Shown here: piece by piece, positions 25,367 through 37,676 of the stretch
How positions within the stretch are numbered: position 1 is the first letter of the stretch
How the letters are laid out: the number at the start of each line of letters is the position of its first letter
DNA from: Ascidiella aspersa
Lineage: Eukaryota
Assembly: GCA_963924565.1 (NCBI GenBank)
Contig: OZ004610.1
Coordinates: 25,420,001 to 25,484,000 of the forward strand
DNA: 64,000 nt
Direction of reading: 5' to 3'
The notes under the pieces: generated by a model
Told to the model about the DNA's origin: nothing
Seen by the model: the letters and a program-made list of their open reading frames with translations, nothing else
The model's database searches: none
Program-made: the position numbers and the translations under genes

Positions 25367-26971
25367 TTATAGCCTATTGCAGCAGGACTTTAACTAAAAC
25401 TGAACGAAATTATTCGACCACTCGCAAAGAATTATTAGCGGTCGTTCATGCCACCAAGGTATTTCGCTGCTACCTCCTAGGCCAAGCTTTCACTTTGCGC
25501 ACAGACCACGCTTCTCTTAAGTAGCTATATCAGTCAAAGGACCTTTATGGCCAGTGTGCCCGATGGGTCGAGCACCTGTCGCAATACGATTTTAATCTAA
25601 TACATCGTCCGGGTGTCAAACATAAAAATGCAGACGCTCTTAGTGGAATAGGCGAAGACCAGTTAACCGATGCGCCGAAAATTGCCACTATCGATGTTCG
25701 TGCCTCTAGCTAGTGGTTTGACAATGGGTGAGATTGCGCAAGCACAAGAGCAAGATCCAGAAATAGCTCCAGCTTTTCAGTTGTTAAGCCAAAGACACAG
25801 ACCCCCATATAACGCTGTGTCAAATGCATCACGCATGACCAGCCACTTATGGAGTCACTTTGGCCAACTGAAACTTAGAGACGGGTTCATTCATTTCTAC
25901 GACCAGGATAAAACACTTTTAAGACTTGTTACTCAGCGTGAACTAAGGCCCAAAATCTTCGATTTACTTCACGATGCAAAGCTAGGCGGTGGTCACCTGG
26001 GGATTCGTAAAACATGCGCCAAGGTCGCTAAACGACACTTCTGGCCAGGCTGGCGCGAGGAGACTGAACGGAATTGCATGGAATGTCGTGAGTGCGAGTT
26101 GAACAAGAGATCTTCAAAAACACCAAAAGCCCCCTTGGTACCATCTTGCGAAGAAGGTTCTTTAGAAAGGGTAGAAGTCGACATTATGGGGCCGCTACCT
26201 TTAACACGCCACCGGTACCAATATGTCCTTGTTGCTTGTGACGTGTTTACTAAATATGTCCGAGCTTGGCCCTTGCGTACGCAAACAGCATCTGAAACCG
26301 CCAGCGTATTGTATCACTGCTGGATGACTGTTCACGGAGTTCCCGACATCATCCATTCAGATCGTGGCGGAAATTTTGAAAGCAAGATGTTCAAGGAGTT
26401 GCTTCAGCTGATGGGTTGCGGTAAGTCACGTACGACTAGTTACCATTCCGCCGGCAACGAAGGTGTTGAACGAAACAACAGGACAATAATCTCGATGATT
26501 CCAAATTACGTTCAAAAAGATGAACGCTCCTGGGATGAAGCACTGTCTGCTGTTGTGGCGTCGTACAATGCAAGTACCCACGAAAGTACAGGATTTTCAC
26601 CACATTTCTTATTAACAGGTCGACAATTGCGGCTACCTGCGGACTTGGTCGGAGCAGGATCAGAAGAGTCGCAGTTCATTAACGACAACATAAAGAGCCT
26701 TCACGACCGACTTGTTCGTGCCGAAGATGTTGTTCGGACTACCCTCGTCAAGTAGCGCCAGCGAATGGAGGCGCATTTTAACAGAAACGCAGATGACACC
26801 GCATTTAACGTCGGCGACTCAGTTTTGTTATGGGATAACGTAGTCCCTGTAGGATCAAACCGAAAATTTAATTTTTCCTATGCAGGCACGTACAAGGTCA
26901 TCGAAGTGCGACCACCGGTGAATTATTTAATAGAAGCGGCCAACGGACGACAACAGAACGTCCATCTAAAC

Positions 26972-27759
26972 CAGTGGTTCCCAAACTGTGGTACGCGTAC
27001 CACCGGTGGTACGCGAGAGTCTTTCAGGTGGTACGCGACTACGTATAAATCTGCGAAAACTTTTTAAAGCATATGTATAAACTTGCGAAAACTTTCAACT
27101 TTTAAAACTTTCAGATTGGGTATTTGCAATGTTGCGTTTTAATTACCTTTAATTTGAGGTTTCGCACGTTTATGACGTAACACTTAGCTTGTTGAAGATA
27201 ATAAAACGTTAATTTTTGGCTGGTTTAATATGTAAGTAGTAATAAACTGAAGTATAATGATATTTCAATCATATTGAACTACTGTAATTTCTTTTAAAAT
27301 AGAGGAATAGTGTGAGAATTTAATTTTGTTTAATTTAACTATACTAGGAACATGTCTAAACGAAAGTACAGCCAGACTTAGGCTACATAAACTACGGGTT
27401 TATAGCTATTGAACACAATAGAGAAGCTGTTCCGCAATATGTTGTTTGTATGAAGGCGCTTGCTAATTCAGCTATGAAACCAAGCATACTCCCGACGACA
27501 TGTCAACCAGCTGGTCGCGAAAAAAACAACTACATCCATCGCATTAAAACTATTTGCTGTGTTTTGCTTAATTTATGGCTTTTAAGTCTTCCTGGAATGA
27601 TAGTTGTTAAACTCTAATACAGCTACATGCTCATTTTCTTATCTATATGCTAAAATAGGTATAGTTTGAGATATTCTAGTCAGATGTAACTTAGGTGGTA
27701 CATGAACACTGTACAAAAGCTCAAAATGGTACGCGAGAAAAAAAGTTTGGGAAACACTG
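26972..27759 (+). mobile_element. Non-autonomous Buster hAT inserted after the integrase core
   Basis: TIRs CAGTGGTTCCCAAACT / AGTTTGGGAAACACTG; perfect TSD atctaaac; transposase start relic MSKRKY..YINYGF..PQYVVCMKALANSAMKPS at ~27352-27490. Confidence 0.92.
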
Positions 27760-28228
27760 ATCTAAACCGTTTAAAGCGCAGCCGTGAAAATTACACACAC
27801 CAAAATCAACAGGAAGAAGACGAGGAAGACAACCCTGAAGAACTAACAACGGATCACCCAACCGACATCGGATTTCGCCTCACCATGACTACAACGCCAC
27901 GTTCACCTGAAACACAACCACAACCAACGACTGAATGCACCAGCCACCAACTCGCGGGTGACGTGAATCACAGCACAAGACTGGTCTGCTGCCCGATGGC
28001 ACCAGCGCTTCCACCAGACCGAGGCGTTCAAGAAAAACAACACGCTTTTACCCCGATGTTGAAACCTTCCAATAACAATGTTTCCCAGGTGGGCAACGAA
28101 ATTGTAAAGGTGGGGATGTTGCATCGAATATTTATCGTTTGTGTGTGCTTTATTGTTTCTCTGTTTTATCGTCCGAGTCCGACTCCGCAGCCCTGCTGCA
28201 AACCAACAATGTCTAAAGAGGAATAATC

Positions 28229-29128
28229 TATAATACCAAAGTAGCCTATAATACCATAGACCAACGAACTAACCTACCAAGTCAAATTCACTGTAATATC
28301 GACAGAACAATTAAGATCTATAGTCGTTTAAAAAAGAACCAAACCTGTGGGAAAGTCCTAAGTTATCGGAATAAGGCCTATAAATGTCCAAAATAATGCC
28401 TGAAACTGTTGGGAAAGGGGTATGGGGCGATCAGAGGCCCGTCCGTCTTGCATCGGATGTTTTGGCGTCGACGTTTAGGTGCTCTAGTTCTAGTTTATAT
28501 GGCAGTTACGGCGCCGTAAGGACGTCTCTGTTTTGGCATTAGGTTATTTGTCCTCTTTGGGTTAGTGGTGGGTAATGGGTGGAGTTACAAATTAAGTTAG
28601 GTTTGGAATTATTAGGGGGGTTTTTAGTGATAAATTTAGTGCTGGGTTTGAGCACGGCCATATTAAGGGTAGGCCTACAAGAGGCCTAATGTTTACTAGA
28701 GAAGGGCCTAATTTTGCAAACCAAGCTACAAAACGTAATAAAAATACATACATGAAAACTCTGCTCAGTCATTAGTTTTTAATAAAAAACTGTACTGCAC
28801 TGGTACTGGATCTGTATCACTATCCCAGCCTTACAAAAATTTAACCAAAAATTGAGGGCCGAATTTTTCCAGGGCCTAAGGCTATATAGCCTTGGTAGCC
28901 TAATGGTTAATCCAAAATTGGGTTCGAGGTTAGGTGAAATGTTGCATAGGCCTTATTCTAGCCACTTATAGGTTTGTTTACGACGGGTTTAGACGTTATA
29001 CGGCAATTAAGTTTTAGTCCTAGTTTGGTCTTAATCCAAACCGTGTTTTATTCCGACGTTAATTTTGTTCTGATGTCTTAAGATATTTTAGGAAGACTGT
29101 TAACCCGCAAAATCAGAAGATACCATAT
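28229..29128. repeat. Interspersed repeat family (ataccata-flanked, GGTTAG-rich interior) with a nested hAT MITE at 28653-28920
   Basis: Similar to ~22150-22460 and ~58524-60654. The nested element is flanked by ggtttgag / ggttcgag. Class of the outer element unknown. Confidence 0.45.
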
Positions 29129-30436
29129 AAAATGTCAAATTTTCGGCCCCTCTGTGCCTTTAATTATAAATGGGTTATTCTCTGGAAAGCCTTTAATTGC
29201 TTTAGTTGTCTATTTTTGATCGTTATATATTTTGTATGTGTGAGGCGAAGTTTTGTTTAGCTCAGTTTGTGTTATGCATCATATGGCATGCTGCGTCGCC
29301 TGAGTCAACTCCACAAATGCAGTTTCTTTGTAATTAGATTACGAATGCAAGTGATATGCGAATATCTCTTTTTGAAGATACGAACACGCAACACTTCGTT
29401 GATGTAATTTATGAATAATTAAATTTTATATTAATTGAAATGGTCGGATAGTCATAAGAAATATTTTTTAACACATTTACGCTTTAGTTGCTTGAATCAT
29501 TCCTCAAGTTGTTTAAACATGAATAGATGCTGTGTATATATGTTTACCAAGTTTAAATAATAACGTCCCCGTTCAAAGTTGACAGTAAACTTCCGAGAAT
29601 TTTGTTCAACCGACGGCACGCAAACAACCGCCTTCAATTTAACAAATGCTTTCATGAAACGAATTACAACAGATCGGCAGCTGAGAGTATGAATCAATAC
29701 ACCAAAGCTTGTAAAGGGTTAACAATATATATTTGTCTGAATATAAGCATGATAATAGAAAAAACGATTAAGGAAACCAATATGCATACAAACCGTATTT
29801 TGATACAACTGAAAAAAGGCACTTACAAAGCAAAATAGTGTTGTAATTTTCGAGTTCTTTTTGTTTATTAAGCAAAAAGAACTATTTAAAAATAAGAGTT
29901 TTCAATATCATTTTTTTAACTCAATATGTCGAAAACAATGAACAGATAGCATAACAATAACTTTCAAAACGGAAAGACACATCAAAAATTAGGTTTCTAC
30001 CGTTGGAAAATAATAGGCAACAGTACCAAAGTAGGCGAACTTTTTCTAATTACAAATGAGTGTGGCAGCGGCAAGAACAACATGAAATTAAAAACACTGT
30101 CGGAAACTACTGCTATTTGGTGCCGAGTATAAATATTGGTTCGTGTTACTTACTTGTGTCTAGCAAAACAATTATCTGAACATTATTAAGCATAATACTT
30201 AAAACACAGTGAGAGAAAATTTAAAACACAACTTTTATTGGTAAATACAGAATTACATGTAAGAACCTAAACATCAGAATACAAAATATATGACTGAGAA
30301 TAAAATAGTTATGCACATCATGTATGGATTAGTAAAAAAAATACAAATAATATATATTACAGCTATAAAAGTAATTAAACACCAGTTTAAAAATTATAAA
30401 CCACGTGAACAAAATGTATTAATGGCAATCAAATGT

Positions 30437-33400
30437 TCACTGAAACATTTGCGCCTTGGCTTTGAAAGCCTGATGCCGGACTTTTTTCGCTTCTGCCTCT
30501 TTCTTTTTTTCTTCTTGTTCTTTTTTGATTTCTTCCTCAAATTTGTTGGATTCAGCCAGAACGTTAGCCTTAACAACATACACATGTTAAATCAGGTACC
30601 AATTGCAGAATTTCGGCACTAACAAAAAAAATAAAGATAGCAGGATGGAAAAGATGTCAAATCCAGATAGTTCCAGTAGATCGGCATTATCTTGATTAAA
30701 CTTTCAATACGCACTTGTAATCATCAGTTAATTATTAACTAATGATGGTACAAGTGCGTATCGAAACGTCCTTATCCAGATGGTGTCGATTTACTATAGC
30801 AGTTGAGTACGTCACAAAAAGACAAGCACAATATATTTCTAGTACGACATAAAAATGTTATTTGAGTTTTTTTGGCCTTTCAGCTTTCAAGTTTGATATA
30901 TTTTATGTTAGTTATCAGTTATCATTCATCACCGTCGGCCGCTATTTTTAGTCGTTTGTCGATGGCGAAGAAGTAAATCATCGTGTCGTCATAATCTAAA
31001 CTTTCGAACTCTACGGACGCACAGTGTTATAAATCATGCACTACTACATGGTACAGAAAAAGACAGTTGCCTCAATTTGTTTAAAATCGTAACGCCAATT
31101 GGTTATCGGAATAAAATTTTGGTTTGTACGAAGACACAAACACTTGACACGATGCCAAACGTCAGCGGCAAGCACTTCGAGCAAAAAACTGAAACGGTAT
31201 ATTGCTACAATTCGTCGCAATACATGAGTTTGCTTTCTTATCGTTTATTTGCAGTTTATATGGGGTGTGCAGCGACCAAATACTTTCGTTATGCTGTAGC
31301 CAGTCACTGTTGGGCTTTTAACACATTTGTCATATTTTAAAAAGAAAGTAAAGCCGCTTTCCGCTTAAACAGTGGTTCTAACTAATTTCTTATTATCTGT
31401 ATTTTTGTACTATCTTGCAGACCATCTAGTATTAAAAGATTACATTTTACTCAAATTTACTTAAGTTTCTTAAAATAAAAAGAATTAAAAAAACAATGTT
31501 ACCAGCGCTAGCCGCGTAATTTTTTAGATGACAGGTTGAATTAATGTGACAAGAGAGATAACATCTTTATCATGGAGCAGCGAAGCTCCATGCAAACTTT
31601 CAAAAAATTAACGTTAAAACGCCAGAGCCAAACCAAATCCGGCTTTGCAACGCAAAACAGTGCATAAATTCGTTTTACCTCCCATAACGGGAAAAGTATG
31701 CCGTTTTTGGGGGAACATTTTACCTTAAACATAACGGATCCAGAAATCGCTTTGGTAAAAATGTGTGGTATTTAACAGGAACTGAACTGAATATTTCAAT
31801 TTCTCGGACTGAATAAACAAATGACAAACCTTGGCTTGAAAAAAGCTTGCAGCACTCGCCACTCCCTTCTCAGAAACGTCTATCTCAGAGAGATGAGCCA
31901 GCTTTTTCAAACCATCAACCTCAAGCTCCCCACAGGCAGATTTTCGAAAAATAAGCAGGAACTAAAAGCAATCCAATATTTTATTGGTATTATGAGTAAA
32001 AAGGATATACAGAAAATGCATACAAATTAAGGAATAGAATGGGTGATACCATACGCGCCGAACGTCGGTGTGCAGAGAGTTTTTTTAAATGGCCTGGATT
32101 TCTCGTACAGCGTCAAAACGTCCTGGAATTCGGCCAAGTTATAAATAAATGTGCAAAGTAATTTCTGTAGCACAGTCTTAGTTAACCAAAAGTGTTTAAA
32201 ACTTTCCCGAATTACCACGTAGACAAGAGGCCATACAATCCCCAAACTATGTTTTTTTTTTAGGTTTATGCAATTTTTTTCTAACAATTGTTACGATTTG
32301 CCTATTTCAACAGAAACTTTTTTAGCCCAAGGGTGCAAAATTATTTTTTTAAAGGAAAAATGGTTGGCTCTGCGATAACAGTCAACAGCTTATCTAAGAG
32401 CTCACATTTTTTTATTTAATTAATAATCAATTTTGCACTGTCTACAAAATAACGCCCTGGAATTTTGAAAGTTTGGCGCCTATGAGTGATTCCAACAAAA
32501 CATAATGTGATTGGATGAATAATTTTACGGAAACTGTTTAGTTAGAGGAACTATTATCCACTATAATGCAGCAGACAAAGATGTGAAAGGGAAATATACT
32601 GCTTAATTTACACTCAAATAATTTGAATAATTTTTACAATTATTTGAATAGCTTAAATGTATTAAACAAACTATTTATAAAAAAGAAGGTAATATTTGTA
32701 CCTCAACGAAACTTATTTTTTTATCCTCGTCTTCATCGACTTCTTTGATCATTTTCTTTAGGGCCAGGTGTGTTTGCGGCTCCCCAAGTTTTTCCATCAT
32801 ATATTTAAGTTCGTCAAAATCAATAAAGCCATCATGTCCAGTGTCATATCTAAAGTGGAATAATTACAGTTTTAACCGCAAGAAGATAGGATTTTCTTTT
32901 AGTAATTAAACAAAGTTTTGTTTTGAAACAAATCAATTAAATTACTTGGGCTGTACCAAGTGTACAACATGATGCATTAAATAAATCTCTTAAAAAAATT
33001 AAATTAGCATGGGCTTCACAGTACTGTGATTCAAATAGAATATGAATGTTTACATGAATCATATCTGACAACATATTTTGTAGGCGGCACACTGGCAGTA
33101 TCAGTAAACATAATACATCATGTGTCACAAATGACATTTGAGTTACAACGAAAATGGCTTACAGGAAGTTGCTTGCAAAATAACATCAAGCACTAACCTT
33201 TAACTACTAAGAAAAAAACATACTTTTTAAACATTTTTTCGAACTCTTTTATCTGACTTCTGGAAAATTCTTTAAATTCGGTGTAAATGTTGAAGACCTT
33301 TTTCGACGGGCTGTTTCCTGATTGTATGCCATCATTGATATTTCCTTGCCTACACAATAATAATGTCATTTAAAACGAAAGTACCAGGAAATGCTGGTGG

Positions 33401-33970
33401 AACATTATAGGAGATATTGCCAAATCAAAACAAACTGGTCATGGGTGTATATTGAATAGATCTGAAATTAATACAAAAACAAATTTAATATAAAATACAA
33501 ACAGTATATCATTAAATATTGAAAGTAATAAAACCAAAAAAATATTGTTGATATAACATATGACAAGCAGCAGAAAACATATTAAGAAATATGAATGAAT
33601 ACATTAAGCAACCAATAATATTGCTCAATGGGACCAAAAATACAGAAACAACACAACTCTGTTAATATATCAAACAAATACATTTATTTACTATTTCCTT
33701 TTTTTTGCTTTAATAATTGATACAATAAATATATTTAGGTTGGTGAAACCTAAAAAGTATGTGTAACAAAATTCCTTTACAGCTCTAGGTTTGGTCAACC
33801 AATTACCTTAGAAGTTTATTAGCAAGTTCATTGTCTGCAGCATCAACGGTCCCTTTGTCACAATCATCTTTAATAATTGCCTTTGGTTCCACTCCTTCAG
33901 TAGGGGCTGGTTCATCTCCATCGATAATTTTTTGCCTTCGAGCCAATCTTGCCGTTAACTCATCAGACAT
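30437..33970 (-). CDS. EFHD2: EF-hand domain-containing protein D1/D2 (swiprosin) homolog, 233 aa, 5 exons
   Basis: Exons 33807-33970, 33224-33349, 32702-32849, 31830-31961, 30437-30568 (702 nt, GT-AG, in phase): MSDELTARLARR..VFNIYTEFKEFSRSQIKEFEKMFKKYDTGHDGFIDFDELKYMMEKLGEPQTHLALKKMIKEVDED..FLLIFRK..LSEIDVSEKGV..FEEEIKKEQEE. Probably the pro-ortholog of vertebrate EFHD1/EFHD2. Confidence 0.95.
30675..30795. repeat. Short palindrome with mirror-image hammerhead-like cores in EFHD intron 4
   Basis: TCATCAG (30721-30727; CTGATGA on minus) faces CTAATGA-T-GGTAC-AAGTGC-GTATC-GAAACGTC (30739-30770). Confidence 0.55.
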
Positions 33971-34108
33971 AGCGTCACTTTTTACTATCTAATCTTAATG
34001 AGACAATGTAAAACCTGTGCACCTAGAAGAAAGCACCAATGACACAATCATGATTGGCAATCAAAAGCTTGGCAGCTATGTACAGTTACACAAAAATAAT
34101 ATTCCTAA

Positions 34109-35434
34109 TCAAACACTTATGGTCTTAAATATATTAAAACCATCCAGAGCTGTGCTTATAACGAGGCCAGGTATCTGTGGGTGCCAGTGGAGTTCCTTTA
34201 TGTCTTTCTGTCCCTGGTGTATAAACAACAACTGTGGCGGTATTTCCTGTAAGTTTTCGGGCTGAGAAATGTCATCGGCCTCAACTGCAAGATCCCATTG
34301 TGTCAGTTGGTCATCTGCACCAGATGCAGCAAAGACACTCTTGTCGGTCGGATGCCATTCGATGGAAGTAATAGGCGCAGTGTGGTGTTTAAAGCAGGCA
34401 ATAGCAGTTCCTTTGGCAAATTGTCGTAAGTCCCAAATTTTAACGACTCCATCATCACCACCAGTTGCAATAAAAGGGTCATTTTTGTTCCAACTTAAAA
34501 CATTCACGTCCATACTGTGTGCGTTGGTGGTTAACATACAAGCTTTCGATGGATTGCTTCGAATGTCCCAAATCCTAACAGTCTGATCAACAGAGCAAGA
34601 TGCAAACACACTCTTTTCATTTGGGGACCACTGCAAATCTTCGACCGAAGCAGTGTGCCCAACAAAAGGTCGCTGGTCGACATGCCAGGAAGCCCCATCT
34701 TGAGGTTTCCAGAAATGGATATTGCTTTTACAGTCGCCTGTAAGAAGCTGCCCTTCTGACAAGTCCGACCAATCCATTGCAAATCCTTCGGCCATATGAC
34801 CAGCGAAAGTAAAAAGAGGTGGTGTAAATCGTAGCTGCCTGTCTTTTAAAAACTCTGCCAGTGCTACAGAATTATCAACGGCAGCAATCTGTCTGCTCAA
34901 ATCCCAAATGTGAACAGAACGTCTTTCTGACCATGTGGCAGCCAATTGTTTGTCACCCACTGTAGAACATCTAATTCGATTCACACCTCCATTATGCATT
35001 ACCATTGCTGTTTCAAGATCTGGTTTCTTCTCAAGGTCACCATCCTCGTCTTCAAGGTCACTGTCATCTTCATCATCATCATCCTCCTGTTTCTTAGTTG
35101 GGTGTAAATTTGACATTTTCATAACAATGACATGATTCCCTCTACCTTTTTCAGACTGAGTAGCAGCCACCAAATGCATTGACAAAGGAAAACTTTCACG
35201 ACAGTTACCTAGATCATCCTTAATAATATCGAAACTTAAACAGGGTGATCCTGTTTGCGCTTGGTGGTAAAGTACATAAGCTGTTTCATCATGAATTAAA
35301 TGTTCTCCTTCTTCCAAATCCTTTCCTGGAAGATACACCTTTGATTTGTTGTTGCCATTTGTTTCGGTGTTTTCGTCACACTCCATTTCACTGTTGTCAC
35401 TTTCACTTTGATGACCAGAGTCATTGTCATCCAT
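34109..35434 (-). CDS. GRWD1: Glutamate-rich WD40 repeat protein 1 (Rrb1 homolog), 441 aa, single coding exon
   Basis: Uninterrupted ORF; VYLPG..YHQAQTGSPCLSFD, acidic tract, WD repeats GHTASVEDLQWSPNE, HHTAPITSIEWHP, and C-terminal PPQLLFIHQGQKDIKELHWHPQIPG..TALDGFNIFKTISV. Confidence 0.96.
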   Translation of the reverse strand: MDDNDSGHQSESDNSEMECDENTETNGNNKSKVYLPGKDLEEGEHLIHDETAYVLYHQAQTGSPCLSFDIIKDDLGNCRESFPLSMHLVAATQSEKGRGNHVIVMKMSNLHPTKKQEDDDDEDDSDLEDEDGDLEKKPDLETAMVMHNGGVNRIRCSTVGDKQLAATWSERRSVHIWDLSRQIAAVDNSVALAEFLKDRQLRFTPPLFTFAGHMAEGFAMDWSDLSEGQLLTGDCKSNIHFWKPQDGASWHVDQRPFVGHTASVEDLQWSPNEKSVFASCSVDQTVRIWDIRSNPSKACMLTTNAHSMDVNVLSWNKNDPFIATGGDDGVVKIWDLRQFAKGTAIACFKHHTAPITSIEWHPTDKSVFAASGADDQLTQWDLAVEADDISQPENLQEIPPQLLFIHQGQKDIKELHWHPQIPGLVISTALDGFNIFKTISV

Positions 35435-36121
35435 TTTAGTAAACTATTGCAAAAAACTATATGGTAAAAATAAACTACGTAAATTTAGAAAAAAATGAAG
35501 GTTAATATGAAGGGATATATATTTGCCTGAGTCGCTCCGGTATGCACACCCATTTCAGTTCATGGCCCTTTTCTCCAAATTGTTGGGTGTGCAGGGCTAA
35601 GTATCCAAATTCCAAATACAAAATTAATGTTTTATGTGTACCGGAGGTTAGTGATACTGCCAAAAGTTAACCTTTTTTCCAAAATTTAGCTGCATGTTTT
35701 TTCTAGTAATTCAGTTGTGTACACAAATTTCTTTAAAAATCTAGGTGTTCTGTTCTGCCTACAAGCTCTACATAATGCAGACTGGCGCGGCCCAGTGTTT
35801 CACAATAAATTTTGAGCTAATCCCCAGTGTAGTTGTACTCTCTACAGCAGTCATAGCGCATTTCAGGGAAAATCGCCGTAAATTAGTTCAGCCGAGAATG
35901 CCAATCAAACGTGCTTATTTTTTTGATGTGGTACACTGGTACATTTAACGCAAAAATACAAATTTTTTAATCTAATTAATATGCATTTTGGTTCGGCAGG
36001 TAACACAAAATTAACACCACACCCATATATGTACTTATGGCTTTCAGCTATAGGGGTTAAATTAGAATTAAATAACTAATTATTTTTTCTAACCAATAAT
36101 CCAATACCTATAACATTCAAA

Positions 36122-36313
36122 GGCGCTGGTCTAGAATCCTACCAGAGGTATTCAATCAACACACGATATTTGGGTTAGGGTGAGAGTTAGCGCTTGGGTC
36201 AAGTACTATTATACTCATTATTTAATAATAATACTTGACCCTCCCTAACCCAAACGCTAACCCGCACTCTAACCCAAATAATTTGCGTTGTGATAGGATT
36301 CTAGACCAGCACC
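36122..36313. mobile_element. Hairpin MITE (same family as 44978-45148)
   Basis: GGCGCTGGTCTAGAATCCTA ... TAGGATTCTAGACCAGCACC TIRs; internal tttgggttag / aacccaaa arms. Confidence 0.8.
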
Positions 36314-37676
36314 CATTCGAATACTAGACTAACCCGCAACGTTACTCAAAAATTGATTATTTATAATAAAGACAGTTCATTCAAGTCGATGACCTGACAT
36401 CTGATTCTAAATCTCCACAACAAAATTTTCGGTCAATATCAATTTGTCGTGTTTCTTTTTTTCAAGACGCGGATGTAGGTGCTTTTTAAAACGCCGGATT
36501 AGTGAAGTGCAGAATGCTTAAACGTGGGGACAGAAGGCTCCGACCGGCATTTAAATCCAAGTTGAAGCTTTAAATATTCCCATAACGTTTTTTGAAAATT
36601 ATGTTAACTTTTTAGGTATATATTAGCATGGTATTAGCTTAAAATGACGTAACAGCTAATTACTTTTTATTACGTAAAATAGAAGCAGTCAAGTCAGCAT
36701 TGTCTTGAATCTGCGATTAGGGGAGTGCAGATTCAGGCAGTTGTGGCGGGCAGAAAAACAGAGTATTTCTCTTTGGGTTCAAAAACAAATTTTAGCGATG
36801 ACCTGATACTAAATGATAAATATTTTTGGTCATTTTGATCACTGATTATTCTTAAAATTTCAGGGGTAAATTGCACAGAACCTGGTAAAAATCAATGGAA
36901 TTAAGTGTTAAACGCCGGCTTATATCCAATGAAAAATTAGTTTTTTTTCTCTTTTTGATGTGCTAAACCGCTTTGACTTAAATGCGTATTATGTTATACC
37001 GTTTTATTACGGGGGTGTTATTGCTCCATATTTTCCCTTAATTATAACTCTCCTAAACCAATACAAATGCTTTACCTAGATATAAGTAAAACTAATTCTC
37101 TACGTTAAAGCTATATTATAAGAAACCAGTGGTGAAAGTAAGCCTGAATTGGGTAAGAATAAAACATATCTTCCAGGAACATAATGACTGAAGCGGCAGA
37201 AAATGTTAGGCTTTGCTTTAATGCCATATAAAATAACTCACTTTATCACTTAAATTTAAGCAAGTTTACATTTGAAGCCCAGCTGCACTTTACAGTTGAA
37301 AAGCTGCTACTTTTATCTGGCAACTATGGAGTACGTCGAAACAGATGACAATTTGGAACTTATGCTTTATAAGTCAAACAGAAAATGGCGATGACAAGTG
37401 TACACTGTACAGGTAAGAAACGAAAGCGATAAAATAAAAACAATAAGTTTGCATCAAGCAGTAACGAAGTAGAGCATGTTGCACTACTGGAAGTCAAATT
37501 ATATACATTGATCCACAATGTAATTTGTACAGGGGGTCAGAAATACAAAAGAAGTGTGGCGCACATAAATAAACGTTGTCTTTCGCTAGTGAGGCGTCTT
37601 TCTCCACTATTTTTGTGAATGGGTGGACAGTTGGACACGCACTCCTGTAGAATACATTGTTTACGTTTATTGAGCG

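Larger units (their letters stand above)
23104..28170 (+). mobile_element. Decayed, 5'-truncated Ty3/Gypsy LTR retrotransposon (RT-RNase H-integrase, PPT, start of 3' LTR)
   Basis: RT motifs SSSPWSSPIVLVRKK, RFCIDYRGLN, LDLKSGYW, FNVMPMGLCN, YLDD; RNase H LDTDASD..ERNYSTTRKELLAVV..LRTDH; integrase HLG..C..C, VDIMGP, IHSDRG, GVERNNRT. Premature stops at 24315, 25522 and 26753 plus frameshifts. PPT AAAGGTGGGGA is followed by TG at 28117. No gag, protease or 5' LTR seen. Confidence 0.93.

Noticed and set aside
27702-28226. 174-aa ORF as an env-like or independent gene
   Set aside because: Chimeric: starts in the MITE right end, runs through the pol tail, PPT/LTR start and another MITE end.
36170-36280. 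GGGTTAGGG / CCCTAACCC as interstitial telomere
   Set aside because: Isolated units within hairpin MITEs and other dispersed repeats, not tandem arrays.
35435-37676. A single four-gene operon ADSL-SSU72-GRWD1-EFHD
   Set aside because: The SSU72-GRWD1 gap is 2.2 kb, with MITEs and room for a separate promoter; nothing in the sequence supports joining the two pairs.
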